This document shows positions 16,680 through 26,821 of a stretch of DNA of 64,000 nucleotides, piece by piece (the first letter of the stretch is position 1; each line of letters starts with the position of its first letter). Position numbers and translations under genes: made by a program. Under the pieces are notes generated by a model that had not been told where the DNA came from, did no database searches, and saw only the letters and a list, made by a program, of their open reading frames with translations. The DNA comes from a virus: IMG/VR virus record IMGVR_UViG_3300048907_000144; one strand, written 5' to 3'.

Positions 16680-19600
16680 TCACTCGAACCCCAGGTCGGT
16701 GTGAGACGTGCGCGCCTCGTCGCGCGTTGCTTGCCGCTGGTATTGTTGCGAGGCGTGGCGGGTCCAACGATGGCGTGCCGGGCCCATCTGCTGGACCTTC
16801 GGCTTGATCACCGGTTCGATCGGACGCTCAAGCTGCGAACGCATGGCCTCGATCATGGCCTGCGTGTTGCCGGCCGAGGTCACGCTGCCGGAAGATGACG
16901 GCGTGATCATCTCCGGGCCTTGCTCGCCAACCATGTACGGTGTGCCAGCGTCGATCGAACCGCCGGCCGCCTTGCCCTCCGGCTCTTCTGCTGCGGCGGG
17001 GGCTGGTGCCGGAGCTACGCCCTTGCCCGCAGCCTTGTCCTCGTGGCCCGGCGCAGACACTGGTCGCACTGTGATCGGCTTGGCCGCGATGCCCTTGCCA
17101 GCAGCTCTGCCTTCACCTGCCGGTGCTACGTACGGCAGCCGGCGGATGTGGCGAGCTTCCTGCGAGAACGTGCGCCCGCGCGCGCCCTTGCCAGCAGCCC
17201 TGCCGCCAATGAGTGGCGTGTCGTCCGGTGCGGCCGGAGTCGCTGGGGCGGCCTGCCCTTCTACTGCGGCCTTGTACCGAGCTGCGGCACGTGTCTCGAC
17301 ATCGGACGCAACGCCCGCCGGTCCGGCTACTTTGGTTTTTTCCGCTACCGCTTGCGCTTGCTGCTCGCGTAGCTTTTTAAGCTCAACGGCCAGCTGTTCC
17401 GGCTTCATGCGGCGGGCCATGCCGCGAGCCCAGGCTTGTTGCAACCACGGCGGCGCGTTGGCCCCCGCTCCGCCAGCGCCCCAGGCTACGTCCGTGCCGC
17501 CACCGACATGGAAGCGTTCCGCTCCCATGTATGAATCACCTTTCCCGGCGCCGACACCGCCAGCCCCCGCAGCCACCGAGTCTTCGATGAACCCCGCGAT
17601 CCGTTTTTGATCTTCGGGGTTCTTCGAGTTTAGTTTGCGCTTGAGCGCTGGATCATAAAGGTCGAGATCATAAGCTGGTGCGTTCGTGGTGTGGCGAGCG
17701 TGACCTTTTTCCAATCCATGCGCGACCTGCACTTGAAGACCGCTTTTTAGGGCGGCGTACATTAGCTTCTCGTCTAGACCGGCATGGCGTGCGCCGCTGC
17801 CACTCGTGATGATGCTGCCACCGTCGGCAGAGACCGCCGGAGCGCCTTCTAGCGCGGTCTTGAGACCGGCCACGGTCGTAGTGCCGGGAGCGCCCGGACC
17901 GCCCGCAGCGGCGGTGCCCTTGTTCGCTGCCACGAAGTCTGGATTGGCGCGCTCGTAGGCAGCAGCGCTTCCGGATTTATACATGTCCAGCGCTTGGCCG
18001 ATCTGCTTCATCGAGAGGCCACCTCTTTGGCCACTCTCCGCACCGTGCATTGCCATCCAGAACTTCGGGTCTTGCGCCATCTCCTTGGTAAGGATGGCGT
18101 TAGAGTCGAAGCCAGGCACTGATCTTCGTCCGCCACCGCTCCACTTATGAATAGCCGCGCCGACGGTCATGCCGACATAGTTGCGGCTCAGGAGGCCTAT
18201 GTTGGATGCGAGCCCGTGCACTGGCGTCGGGAATCCGGCGATCTTGTTCCCGCCGCCGATCACGCCCTGGTCGGTCATGCCGAAGCGCTTGCTCTCAGCG
18301 CTTGGCCACTGCGCGCCAGGATTGTTGTACCGAATAGATGCGGGGATGCTCTTGTTGCTGCGGTCCCCCAGGCCGTAAGTCGCACCATCACCACCCGGCG
18401 GCACTAGGTAGCCGCGCTTGTAGGCTTCCTCCAACGATTCCGCCGGACCGGTCGCGCTCGCCGGGTCCAACCCGACTGGCGTGTTGAGCGGCGTGTCGCC
18501 GACGCCCGGTGTTCCAGTCTTGCCGTCGCCAGTGCCGCTCCCGTCGCCGCCGCGCGCGCCCGTTCCCGTCCTCGTGCCGCTCGCAGGATCGCCACCGCCG
18601 CCGCCACCGCCTCGCCCGCCCGCGCCGCCTCCGAGGCCACCGCCATCGGCACCGATGCGCTGGTCCAACATGGCCAGCCGCTGCATCTGCCGGCCTTTGT
18701 CACGGAAGCGCGCGAAATACTCGCGCTGGGTCTGGTCGGCCTTGTCCTGCGCCTGCTGGAGTCCTTCGTAGCGATCGACCTCGGCCTGCGGCGTGATGTC
18801 GACGCGCTCGCCCTTGGTCGCCATGAACTCGACCGGCGTGGTGTCGGTGCCGCCGGAGCCGGGAACTTCGAAGCTGCCGCCGGTTGCGAAACCGGGTTTC
18901 CTCTTAGAGAGGCCCTTGTCCCTCAGCTCCTTGTCGAGCGCGTCCTGCTTGGCCTGATTGGCCTTGTCCTGCGCCGACTGTTCGGGAGATTTTGGGTCTG
19001 CTGGGCGGTACCAGCTCTGACCCTTTCCTCCGATCAGGAAGTCTGTGATCGGCGTTTCTTTCTTGTTCCACCAGTCGCCGAGCGCTCCGCCGCCAGTCTT
19101 CCCGGCCGCCTGTTGCTCCTGCATGCGCTTAAGCGCGTCTTGCGACGTTGTCGTCGCTTCCTGGCCTTCAGGCGTCTCCGTCTTGGTAACGTTCTCCCTG
19201 ATCCACTTGAACCCGTTGACGATCCGGTCGAGCGTGTCGGCGACACCGTTGAGCGCCTTCGCGAGCTGGTCGGGGATCGAGCCGCCAAGCACCTTGCCGA
19301 TGTTTTCGTACATCAGATTCCAAGCGGCGTTGAGCCGGTTCATCGCCTCCTGCGGCGTGCCGTTGAGTTCCGCGATGCGCTTGTTGACCTCGCCGACCGA
19401 GATGCCGAGCTTCGCCGCCGTCTCTTGCACCTTCGTGAAGTTGTCGCTTAGCTCTTTGATCGCATCGAGCTTGGTCTGGTCGACGCCGAGACGATCCATC
19501 AGCACGGACTTCTGGGCCAACGACATCTTGTCGTCGTACAGGCCCATGTCTTTGAGCTTGCCGAACAGGTTCTGGACACTCAGCGCGGCCGCGTCGCTGT

Positions 19601-20654
19601 TGTTGCGCAAGCCTTCCATCGTCGGGAGCATCAACTTGCCGAGCATCGTGTTGATGTTCGACATGTCGCCAAAGATCGCTTGCAGCGAATTGGCAGCGTC
19701 TTTCGAGCCGAGCTTCTGGGCAAGGTTAACGTAGGCTGCGCTGAGCGAGGTCGCGGTCGCTGTGCCGTTGACGTTTAGTTGTCGCAACGTTGCGCCGATG
19801 CGAGGAACCAGCTCGGCCCACGCGCCCATCATGCTCGACGGGATCGTCTTGACCCACGTGTCGAGCACGCCGCTCACCTCGTCCATCGGGACCTTGAGGC
19901 TCTGGATCGCGGCGACGGCGGCGCTGGACATGTCATTCATCGCGACGCCTGACGCGTGTGCCGCCAGCGCCACTCGGTTGAACATGTCTCCCGCAGGACC
20001 GAGCGCCATTCCGGTCGCCGCGCGGAAGTCCTGGAACGACTTCGAAATGTCTTGGACGCTCTCGCCGGTGATCGCAGACAAGGCGTGGAATTGCTTGCCG
20101 AGGCCTTCGATCTCCTTGCGGGTTGCTCCGGTCTCCTGTGCGATCCTCGTCATTCCAAACGACACGTTCGCGAACTCGGTGAGCCCGCGCTTCGCGGTGT
20201 CGATTGCGGCGTAGACGGAAATGAAGCTCTTGGCGTAGTTGAGCAGCGCGCTACTCGACTGCTGCATCACCTGCTGGACTTGCGTGCCGTACTGCTGTGC
20301 GGCACGTCCGGCCATAGCGAAGGCATGTGCCTGACCCTGGCCGAACTGCATCATCACGGTCGCGGACGTGGTGCCGAACTGCTGCGTCGACTGCACAGCC
20401 CGGTTGACCGACGTGACGTAAGTATTGAAGCCTTGCGCCCCGCGCTGGGCCGTCTGCGCGACCCGCTGAGACATCTCATCGATCGAAACGCCGGCACGCT
20501 TGGCCATAGCCTCGATGGCACGAAGCTGTGTCCCGTAAGCAGCCTCCAGCGCGCGCGAGCCCTGCTGGGCGCGCCGGATCATGTCATCCGTGACGCGTCC
20601 AGTTTCGTCGCTGGCGGTAAAGCGTAGATTTACGTCTACGTCGTTCTCGCCCAT
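16680..20654 (-). CDS. tape measure protein with C-terminal lysozyme-like and M15-like domains
   Basis: 1324 aa, Ala/Gln-rich helical N-half; SIRYNNPG, RH...AYDLDL...FHVG, and GGSIDAGTPYMVGEQGPEM motifs. Confidence 0.9.
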   Translation of the reverse strand: MGENDVDVNLRFTASDETGRVTDDMIRRAQQGSRALEAAYGTQLRAIEAMAKRAGVSIDEMSQRVAQTAQRGAQGFNTYVTSVNRAVQSTQQFGTTSATVMMQFGQGQAHAFAMAGRAAQQYGTQVQQVMQQSSSALLNYAKSFISVYAAIDTAKRGLTEFANVSFGMTRIAQETGATRKEIEGLGKQFHALSAITGESVQDISKSFQDFRAATGMALGPAGDMFNRVALAAHASGVAMNDMSSAAVAAIQSLKVPMDEVSGVLDTWVKTIPSSMMGAWAELVPRIGATLRQLNVNGTATATSLSAAYVNLAQKLGSKDAANSLQAIFGDMSNINTMLGKLMLPTMEGLRNNSDAAALSVQNLFGKLKDMGLYDDKMSLAQKSVLMDRLGVDQTKLDAIKELSDNFTKVQETAAKLGISVGEVNKRIAELNGTPQEAMNRLNAAWNLMYENIGKVLGGSIPDQLAKALNGVADTLDRIVNGFKWIRENVTKTETPEGQEATTTSQDALKRMQEQQAAGKTGGGALGDWWNKKETPITDFLIGGKGQSWYRPADPKSPEQSAQDKANQAKQDALDKELRDKGLSKRKPGFATGGSFEVPGSGGTDTTPVEFMATKGERVDITPQAEVDRYEGLQQAQDKADQTQREYFARFRDKGRQMQRLAMLDQRIGADGGGLGGGAGGRGGGGGGGDPASGTRTGTGARGGDGSGTGDGKTGTPGVGDTPLNTPVGLDPASATGPAESLEEAYKRGYLVPPGGDGATYGLGDRSNKSIPASIRYNNPGAQWPSAESKRFGMTDQGVIGGGNKIAGFPTPVHGLASNIGLLSRNYVGMTVGAAIHKWSGGGRRSVPGFDSNAILTKEMAQDPKFWMAMHGAESGQRGGLSMKQIGQALDMYKSGSAAAYERANPDFVAANKGTAAAGGPGAPGTTTVAGLKTALEGAPAVSADGGSIITSGSGARHAGLDEKLMYAALKSGLQVQVAHGLEKGHARHTTNAPAYDLDLYDPALKRKLNSKNPEDQKRIAGFIEDSVAAGAGGVGAGKGDSYMGAERFHVGGGTDVAWGAGGAGANAPPWLQQAWARGMARRMKPEQLAVELKKLREQQAQAVAEKTKVAGPAGVASDVETRAAARYKAAVEGQAAPATPAAPDDTPLIGGRAAGKGARGRTFSQEARHIRRLPYVAPAGEGRAAGKGIAAKPITVRPVSAPGHEDKAAGKGVAPAPAPAAAEEPEGKAAGGSIDAGTPYMVGEQGPEMITPSSSGSVTSAGNTQAMIEAMRSQLERPIEPVIKPKVQQMGPARHRWTRHASQQYQRQATRDEARTSHTDLGFE

Positions 20655-20655
20655 G

Positions 20656-21159
20656 TCAGTGCACCGGCCGCGCCGCCATCGGCGGCCGCACGTTCATCTG
20701 AGCGGCCTCGTCATCAGCCGTCTTGTTTGGAGGCTGAAGGATCGGACCGGGCGGCATCCGCACCACCGGACCGTCCGCAGCCGGGAACCGCGGATCGATC
20801 TGATCGGGTGCCGGCACGTGCGCCTCCTGCTGAGGTAAGTCCTCCTCCGGCGTTGCCAACGGACGCGTGCCTTGCTCGAAGTCGGCCTTCATCACCCCCG
20901 GCATGATGTTGATCAGCGCCATCATCACCCGGTCGAAGTCAGCGCTGGGAAGCTGGCGCAATACCTTCTCCGGCACGTCGCACAACTCTGACAGCAGCGC
21001 CAACGTGGACGGAATCCTTTGCTGGCCCCAACGGATCATCTGATCGGCCGTCGTAGGTCTGATCTCGATCGCCGTGATCTCTTTATTTGGGCCGAGCTTG
21101 AGCGGCTGGTTAAGCTCCACGCACCAGCCGCCGGTCTTGCGCAGGATGTCGAGCGTCAT
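20656..21159 (-). CDS. tail assembly chaperone (P2 GpE/FluMu gp41-like)
   Basis: VELNQPLKLG...IEIRPTT...LSELCDVPEKVLRQLPSADF; between tube and tape measure. Confidence 0.75.
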   Translation of the reverse strand: MTLDILRKTGGWCVELNQPLKLGPNKEITAIEIRPTTADQMIRWGQQRIPSTLALLSELCDVPEKVLRQLPSADFDRVMMALINIMPGVMKADFEQGTRPLATPEEDLPQQEAHVPAPDQIDPRFPAADGPVVRMPPGPILQPPNKTADDEAAQMNVRPPMAARPVH

Positions 21160-21162
21160 GCG

Positions 21163-21756
21163 TTACGCTCCGCCACCCAACGGGATGGAGAAGTTGTTGA
21201 GCATGAACTCGGGTGCTGGACTGTTGACGTGGAGGTTCTCGTTGATCTCCGCGTTCATGTCCTGCCCGCCCTGGAACCGGGTGTTATTGAAATAATCCCA
21301 GTAATAAACGAGCCCGCCCGCGAGACCGAACTCGTAGTGGATGATCTGGCGGATCGAATAGTTGATGTGCATCACATCGCCCTTGCGGAAATTCTGGATG
21401 TCGCTCCGCCCGAGCTGGCCGGTGAACGCCGCAGCGGCTTGGATCGCTTGCCCCGTGTGCTGATCGCGCACGTTGCCGTAGACGTAAAAATTCCTCTGCT
21501 CCGGCACCCACGAATCCACGAGCTGCATCACTTGCCGAGTAATGCCGATGAGGACGAACGTCGTTTCCAATCGTGCCATGCCGGTGCCGACCTCGATGTA
21601 GATCGGTGCGCCGCCCGCGCGATGGTCCGTGTACTGCATCTCAAACGAGGGCAGCTTCACCTCGGTCAAGGTCAGATGGTTGCTTGCTTGATCGTCTGCA
21701 GGGCCCGAGCCGCAGAACATGTTCGCGTAATCCATTACCAGGACGGGATTCGGCAT
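21163..21756 (-). CDS. major tail tube protein, paralog 2 (P2 FII-like)
   Basis: MPNPVLVMDYANMFCG...EVKLP...HRAGGAPIYIEV. Confidence 0.85.
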   Translation of the reverse strand: MPNPVLVMDYANMFCGSGPADDQASNHLTLTEVKLPSFEMQYTDHRAGGAPIYIEVGTGMARLETTFVLIGITRQVMQLVDSWVPEQRNFYVYGNVRDQHTGQAIQAAAAFTGQLGRSDIQNFRKGDVMHINYSIRQIIHYEFGLAGGLVYYWDYFNNTRFQGGQDMNAEINENLHVNSPAPEFMLNNFSIPLGGGA

Positions 21757-21768
21757 GGCGGTGCTCTC

Positions 21769-22326
21769 CTATGTGTTGTTTGCGGTGTCTAGTTCGACGC
21801 CGAGCGGTGCGGTGGACGCGCCGTTCTGGTTGATGCCGCCGACCGACCAAGTCGTGGTGAAGAAATCCCAGTCGTAGACCGGTCGGTTGGCGAGGTTGAA
21901 CGTGTACCGGGTAAGACCGCGGATTTGGTACTTCGTGCTGAACACGTTGCCGCGCCGGAACGCTCCTGGCTCTACCCGCCCGAGTTGCCCGCGTACAATC
22001 GCCTCAGCTTGGATCGTCAGCCCCGTCAGGTAGTCGCGGCAGTTGCCGTAAAAAAAGAAGTCGTTGGCCCCGACGACGTACTTGCCGACGAGCTCCATAA
22101 CCTGACGCGTCATCCCGATCAGCTCGAACCTGATCTCGAAGCGCGCCATGATCACGTCGACCTCGATCGCCACAGGTGAACCGCCCGGTCGATGATCGAC
22201 GTACTGGACATCGATGGTCGGAAGCTCGACCGACATCAGCGTGAGATGGTTGCTGGCCTTGTCGTTCTCCGGCGCGGAGCCGCAGAACAGGTTCGCGTAG
22301 TCCATGACGAGGACGGGATTCGGCAT
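21769..22326 (-). CDS. major tail tube protein, paralog 1 (P2 FII-like)
   Basis: MPNPVLVMDYANLFCG...SVELP...HRPGGSPVAIEV. Confidence 0.85.
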   Translation of the reverse strand: MPNPVLVMDYANLFCGSAPENDKASNHLTLMSVELPTIDVQYVDHRPGGSPVAIEVDVIMARFEIRFELIGMTRQVMELVGKYVVGANDFFFYGNCRDYLTGLTIQAEAIVRGQLGRVEPGAFRRGNVFSTKYQIRGLTRYTFNLANRPVYDWDFFTTTWSVGGINQNGASTAPLGVELDTANNT

Positions 22327-22356
22327 TGGCTCCTCCTCCCGTCCTCGATGGTCGCG

Positions 22357-24267
22357 CTACGCAGCGACGCCGAGATTCAGCTCCTGCTCGAGGCTCTGCA
22401 CCATCTGGTCGATGGCTGGCTTGTAGCGGGCGCTCATCGTGGTGATGCGCTTGAGCACCGGCGCCTCTTCGCAAGCGAACCCAACGGTCAAGTGGCCGAG
22501 CCTGATCTCCTCTGCGGAGTTGAGCTTGCCCTTGAACGTGACTTGCTTGCCGAGGATTTGCTCCTGCGCGACCAGCGAACCGAGGAAGTTGTTGATCGTG
22601 GCGAGGATGTTTTTGATGGTCTGGCGCGTGATGTTCTGCCGACCGAGGTAGGTCCGCAGCGCAGGCATCAGCGAGAGGTGGATGTAATCGCGACCCCGGT
22701 AAACGTTGTACATGCGCCAGAGCTCGTCGTCCCCGAGGTTGTCCGTGCCGATGAAGACAAATCCGCCCGAGCTGATCGCACTCTCCACCCCGACAAGTCC
22801 GCGCGCCACCACGCCGAGGTTGGAGGCGAGCAACTGCTGACCTTCGGTGGCGCCATCCGTCAGTGAGAACGGAATGGTGCGCGCCGGCCCCACGATGCCC
22901 TGGATCGGCCGGTTTGCCGCACTGTGGAACGGGTAGCCCGTCGAGAAGTCCACCGCCACCATCAGCCCCGCCACGCGCGGAGCCAGCGGTCGCACGACGA
23001 TGTTGCCGGACAGCGGGTCCATGATCTTGACCCCGCCCGACACGCCGATCAGCCGTGGATGGTTGAGCGTCGTCCGCCAGTTCTGGTCCGCGATCTGGCC
23101 GGTGCCGGCGCTCTCCACGATGGCGTGACCGATCAAGCCGTCGAGCACGCCCGGAAGCATCGAGCAGATCGGGTTGGCACCGAGCCCGATTGTAGCCACC
23201 AGCACTGCGTCCTGAGGCGCTTGCGCGTCCTGGCCGCCGGTCAGGTGCGAGCCCGAGATTGAGGCCCCGGTGACCGTCGTGTGGATCGTGTAAGCGTTGC
23301 CAGCCTCACCGGTCGCCTTTTGAATGATCAGGAGCGTGCCGGCGGTCAACTCGTACGTATTGTCGTTGATCTCTGTGTCGGCTGAGCCGTTGAGGAACGT
23401 CAGCAGCCGGTCGAGCGTCGTCATCAGGTCACCGCCGAGCTGGACTTGATTGCCGGTCGGCGTGCCGCTCACGAATGTTACAATCGTGCCATTGAGCGTG
23501 ATCGTGCTGCCGATGCCGGGCTCGCGCTGGAACATGATCGAGCCGCTGGCGCGCTCCGCTGTAATCGGATCGCCGTCAGCAGCTGGCAGAACCGCGTTCG
23601 GTGCCACCGTCATCCACGCGCCGAACTCATCGATGAACATCTCGAGGTCGTGGATTTCGCCGTACTGGTTCGCCACCGCGTGCGCGGAGGGAAGCACCAT
23701 CTGCGCGCCATTGGTCTCACCCACGCCCTGCGAGAACGTGACCGTGTATTCGGCAAACGGAATGTACCCTTTGCCAGGAGTCGTCGTGCGCAGCGTCTCC
23801 AGCGAGTTGGCCATCTGGCCGGTATAGCCGGGAGTCAGAATGATGCGAGGCGTGCAGTACAGCGTCGCGGGAGCCTTGAGCAGAGCCCAGATGCCGTTGC
23901 CCATCACGGACTGGCCCATGATGTTCGCGATCGTTTGCTGGAGCTTGATGTTGGCGTCCGCGTGCGTGCCGTACGGCGTCCGCACGATGATGACCTGCGC
24001 CGCCACTTGAAAGTCGGCAAGCTGAGCGTTGATGCCGTTGATCGCGTCGGCGATGTAGCCGTCGAAATAGCCGGACCCATCGCCCAGCTTGGCGAGAGAC
24101 GCGGTGTCGTTGCTGTAGATCAGGACGGGCTGATTCAACGGGAAGAACTGCTCGTCCGCCGTGTCGCAAGGTCCGACAATGCCGATCACGTCAAGGTTGG
24201 CACCAATTACGGGTTGCGGCTGGTCGTTAACGCGGAAAAACTCTAAACCGAACGTCGGGCGCGCCAT
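22357..24267 (-). CDS. contractile tail sheath protein (P2 FI-like) with inserted domain
   Basis: TPRIILTPGY, GYPFHSAANRPIQGI, LGHLTVGFACEEAPVLKRIT; size and position. Confidence 0.9.
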   Translation of the reverse strand: MARPTFGLEFFRVNDQPQPVIGANLDVIGIVGPCDTADEQFFPLNQPVLIYSNDTASLAKLGDGSGYFDGYIADAINGINAQLADFQVAAQVIIVRTPYGTHADANIKLQQTIANIMGQSVMGNGIWALLKAPATLYCTPRIILTPGYTGQMANSLETLRTTTPGKGYIPFAEYTVTFSQGVGETNGAQMVLPSAHAVANQYGEIHDLEMFIDEFGAWMTVAPNAVLPAADGDPITAERASGSIMFQREPGIGSTITLNGTIVTFVSGTPTGNQVQLGGDLMTTLDRLLTFLNGSADTEINDNTYELTAGTLLIIQKATGEAGNAYTIHTTVTGASISGSHLTGGQDAQAPQDAVLVATIGLGANPICSMLPGVLDGLIGHAIVESAGTGQIADQNWRTTLNHPRLIGVSGGVKIMDPLSGNIVVRPLAPRVAGLMVAVDFSTGYPFHSAANRPIQGIVGPARTIPFSLTDGATEGQQLLASNLGVVARGLVGVESAISSGGFVFIGTDNLGDDELWRMYNVYRGRDYIHLSLMPALRTYLGRQNITRQTIKNILATINNFLGSLVAQEQILGKQVTFKGKLNSAEEIRLGHLTVGFACEEAPVLKRITTMSARYKPAIDQMVQSLEQELNLGVAA

Positions 24268-24341
24268 GGGGCTACTCCTGTTTTCTCTTCAGTGATGTGC
24301 GGATGGAAGCCGGGCGGCCCTGGATGCCCGAAGACGACGTT

Positions 24342-24584
24342 TTACCTGCGGTAGACGAGAACCGGCGGGAACACGTAGCGGGACGGCGGCGAGACGTACC
24401 AGCGCCCCATCGGCAGGAACGGCGAGGTCACGCAGCAGCGTGCCGACACAGCGCGCAGAACCGGCGTCGGTACCCGGCACACCGGCATCGCTGGGACAGG
24501 AGTGCCGGAGAAGTAGCCGAGGATCGTGATCGGAGGCGGTCCGGCTTGGCGCGGGACCGAGTAGATGTAGGTCGTGGTGGCCAT
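24342..24584 (-). CDS. small Pro/Cys-rich hypothetical protein
   Basis: AAGGAG RBS; ORF track. Confidence 0.55.
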   Translation of the reverse strand: MATTTYIYSVPRQAGPPPITILGYFSGTPVPAMPVCRVPTPVLRAVSARCCVTSPFLPMGRWYVSPPSRYVFPPVLVYRR

Positions 24585-24595
24585 GGCGTTCTCCT

Positions 24596-24817
24596 TCAGA
24601 ACGAGAGCGTGGGCGTGTGAATCTTGAGTGGCTCCTCTTCGCCGGCAAAGACGATGACCGTCAGCACCGGCCGCCGGTTCAGCACGCTGAGATCGTCGGT
24701 GTAGAACTCGATGCGGCGCGCTTGGCCTCCGCTCTCCTCGTCAGGCTCGATGTCCGAAACATCGATGCTGGTAACGCCATCGATGCGCAGAGCTTCGCTG
24801 AGGTAGGTGAGCGTCAT
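24596..24817 (-). CDS. small acidic hypothetical protein
   Basis: AAGGA RBS; ORF track. Confidence 0.65.
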   Translation of the reverse strand: MTLTYLSEALRIDGVTSIDVSDIEPDEESGGQARRIEFYTDDLSVLNRRPVLTVIVFAGEEEPLKIHTPTLSF

Positions 24818-24830
24818 CTGTTATTTCCTT

Positions 24831-25400
24831 TCAGCGAAAGACTAGGAGCACTCCGCCGGGAGCACCTGTCCCAAAGTTGTTGCCGCCCGCAGCGCTCGCA
24901 CCACCACCGCCACCACCCCATGCACCGCCGTTCCCCGGCGCACCTGCTCCGACAGCGCCGATGCCACCAGCTCCGATGTATGACGACAGAACGCTGTTGG
25001 ATGCCGGAACACCTCCAGCGGCTCCAGAGGCTCCGTTCCCAAGCTCGGTGCCAGGAGCGCCGCCGCGACCGCCGTTGGCACCGCTGGCAGCACCGCCAGC
25101 ACCGCCTGCGGTGTTGTTCGGAAGGCTGATGGTGCTGGAAAAACTACCGTCCCAAATCAGGATCGAAAAGATCACGCCGATCGTAGTGTGACCGACAACG
25201 GAGATTCCAGTACCCCAGTTGCAACCCCCGCCCGCGCCTCCATCACCTCCTGCGATCCCGTTCGGAGAAGCGAGACCAGCCGCGCCGGCAAAAACTTGGT
25301 AGATGTCGACCATCGTGACCCCCGCCGGGATCGTCACCGCCGGACCGCCGTCGTTGATCGTCCTGACGATGCCCTGAGACGCGGCAAGCACGCCTAGCAT
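24831..25400 (-). CDS. glycine-rich tail fibre-associated protein
   Basis: MLGVLAASQG start; GGAGGAASGANGG..., GAPGGVLLVFR end. Confidence 0.75.
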   Translation of the reverse strand: MLGVLAASQGIVRTINDGGPAVTIPAGVTMVDIYQVFAGAAGLASPNGIAGGDGGAGGGCNWGTGISVVGHTTIGVIFSILIWDGSFSSTISLPNNTAGGAGGAASGANGGRGGAPGTELGNGASGAAGGVPASNSVLSSYIGAGGIGAVGAGAPGNGGAWGGGGGGASAAGGNNFGTGAPGGVLLVFR

Positions 25401-25408
25401 CGCGGGTC

Positions 25409-26821
25409 TCACGAGATCAGGTTCCCGCTCACGTTCCACTCGGCATGGCTGCCATCGCTGTTCAACTCGCAGAACACCGAGGCGGTCGCGTACTGGCCCG
25501 CCAGCTTGAAACGTCCGCCGAACGCTCTGCGGGTCGCGTTGGTCGCCACGTTGATCGTCACCTGCCCGGTGCCGAACTGCTCGATCATCGTGTTGTGACC
25601 GATCGTGACGCCGGACGGCAATACGCAGCTCACCGCACTGTTGCTGGTGAAACGGATGATCTTCCCGTTGTCGTCGGAGACCAGCGTGTAGCTAGTGCCA
25701 GTCTGGGTGTTGATTCCCGCTGTCTTCGGCGTGTACGTGTTCGCGATCCCGAGCGCCGTCGCGAACTGGACGTCGTCGGTGCCGGCCGCCACGGTCGCGG
25801 TCGAGGCCTTGACCGGAACGTCCGGAGGCGCTGCTACTCCCAGTGCTCCGCGCGCGGTGGCGGAATCAGGCGCCGACAGCACCGTCTTCATGTAGGTGGT
25901 GACGCCCAGCGTCGAGAGCGCGGTGCTCACGTCCGGGTCGTCCATCAGCGTCTTCATGTAGTCGGTGATGTCGAACTGCGAGAGCGTGCCCGCGCCGGTC
26001 GAATACTGGACCTTGTTCGCCGCCCACACCAAGTTGACGAACGCGTCGAGCTTGGCGCTCGCGTTCTGCTTGCCGGACACCTGCGATGTCACGAACCCGG
26101 TCGTCGCCTTCGACGCCAGCGCATCCACTAGGCCGGCGATGTCGCCGATGATCAACGTGACCGCGCCGGTCTTACCCGCCACCGAGGCCACCGGCCCGGA
26201 CTGCACCGCGTCGATCAGGCCCTGCACCGTCACCATGTCGGCAGTGACGGTGTTCATCGCCGCCACTGACTGGTCCTTGGCAGCGACCGACTGGACGAGC
26301 AGGTCCTCCATCGCCGGAAGAACACCCGCATGGGCCGCGATCTGCCACTGGCTGCTGGTCTGGGTCTTGCTAGCATACACAACGTGAGTGGAAAGATCGC
26401 CGGTCGTAGAGTGCCATCCATCCGGGTCGATGGAGAGGATGCCCCAGTTGCTCGGGTCGGTCTCGTCCAACGCCAGACAGAAATGCGTTGGCGTGAACAG
26501 GTCGGCACCTTCGGTCACCGTCCAGCCGACAAACTCGCCCGGCACGAGAGAATGGTTCGCTCCCGTCACCCGGCAAGTCAGAAAACCAAGCTCGGCTGCC
26601 GCCTGAATCGTCGTTAGCGCGGGCCCGAGCACCGTGTTGATGCGTACGAGCCCGAGCTGAATCAACGTGTCTTCAGCCTGACCAAAACCAGCGAACTCGG
26701 CGTCGAGCCGGTAAAGCTCATCCCATAGCGCCTTGAACCGGCGGTTATAGAACGCCTTGTCCATAGGCGTCCGCTCGGACTTAACCTCCAGGTCGTTGAC
26801 ATATGAGACATTGAGCGTCAT
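25409..26821 (-). CDS. tail fibre protein
   Basis: VASVAGKTGAVTL; C-terminal INTQTGTSYTLVSDDNGK...QFGTGQVT...LAGQYATA...WNVSGNL module. Confidence 0.8.
   Translation of the reverse strand: MTLNVSYVNDLEVKSERTPMDKAFYNRRFKALWDELYRLDAEFAGFGQAEDTLIQLGLVRINTVLGPALTTIQAAAELGFLTCRVTGANHSLVPGEFVGWTVTEGADLFTPTHFCLALDETDPSNWGILSIDPDGWHSTTGDLSTHVVYASKTQTSSQWQIAAHAGVLPAMEDLLVQSVAAKDQSVAAMNTVTADMVTVQGLIDAVQSGPVASVAGKTGAVTLIIGDIAGLVDALASKATTGFVTSQVSGKQNASAKLDAFVNLVWAANKVQYSTGAGTLSQFDITDYMKTLMDDPDVSTALSTLGVTTYMKTVLSAPDSATARGALGVAAPPDVPVKASTATVAAGTDDVQFATALGIANTYTPKTAGINTQTGTSYTLVSDDNGKIIRFTSNSAVSCVLPSGVTIGHNTMIEQFGTGQVTINVATNATRRAFGGRFKLAGQYATASVFCELNSDGSHAEWNVSGNLIS

Noticed and set aside
20656-21159. Programmed -1 frameshift in the tail assembly chaperone
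   Set aside because: No X-XXY-YYZ slippery site seen; the -1 frame after the G-run gives no chaperone-like sequence, and the tape measure gene starts 2 nt after the stop
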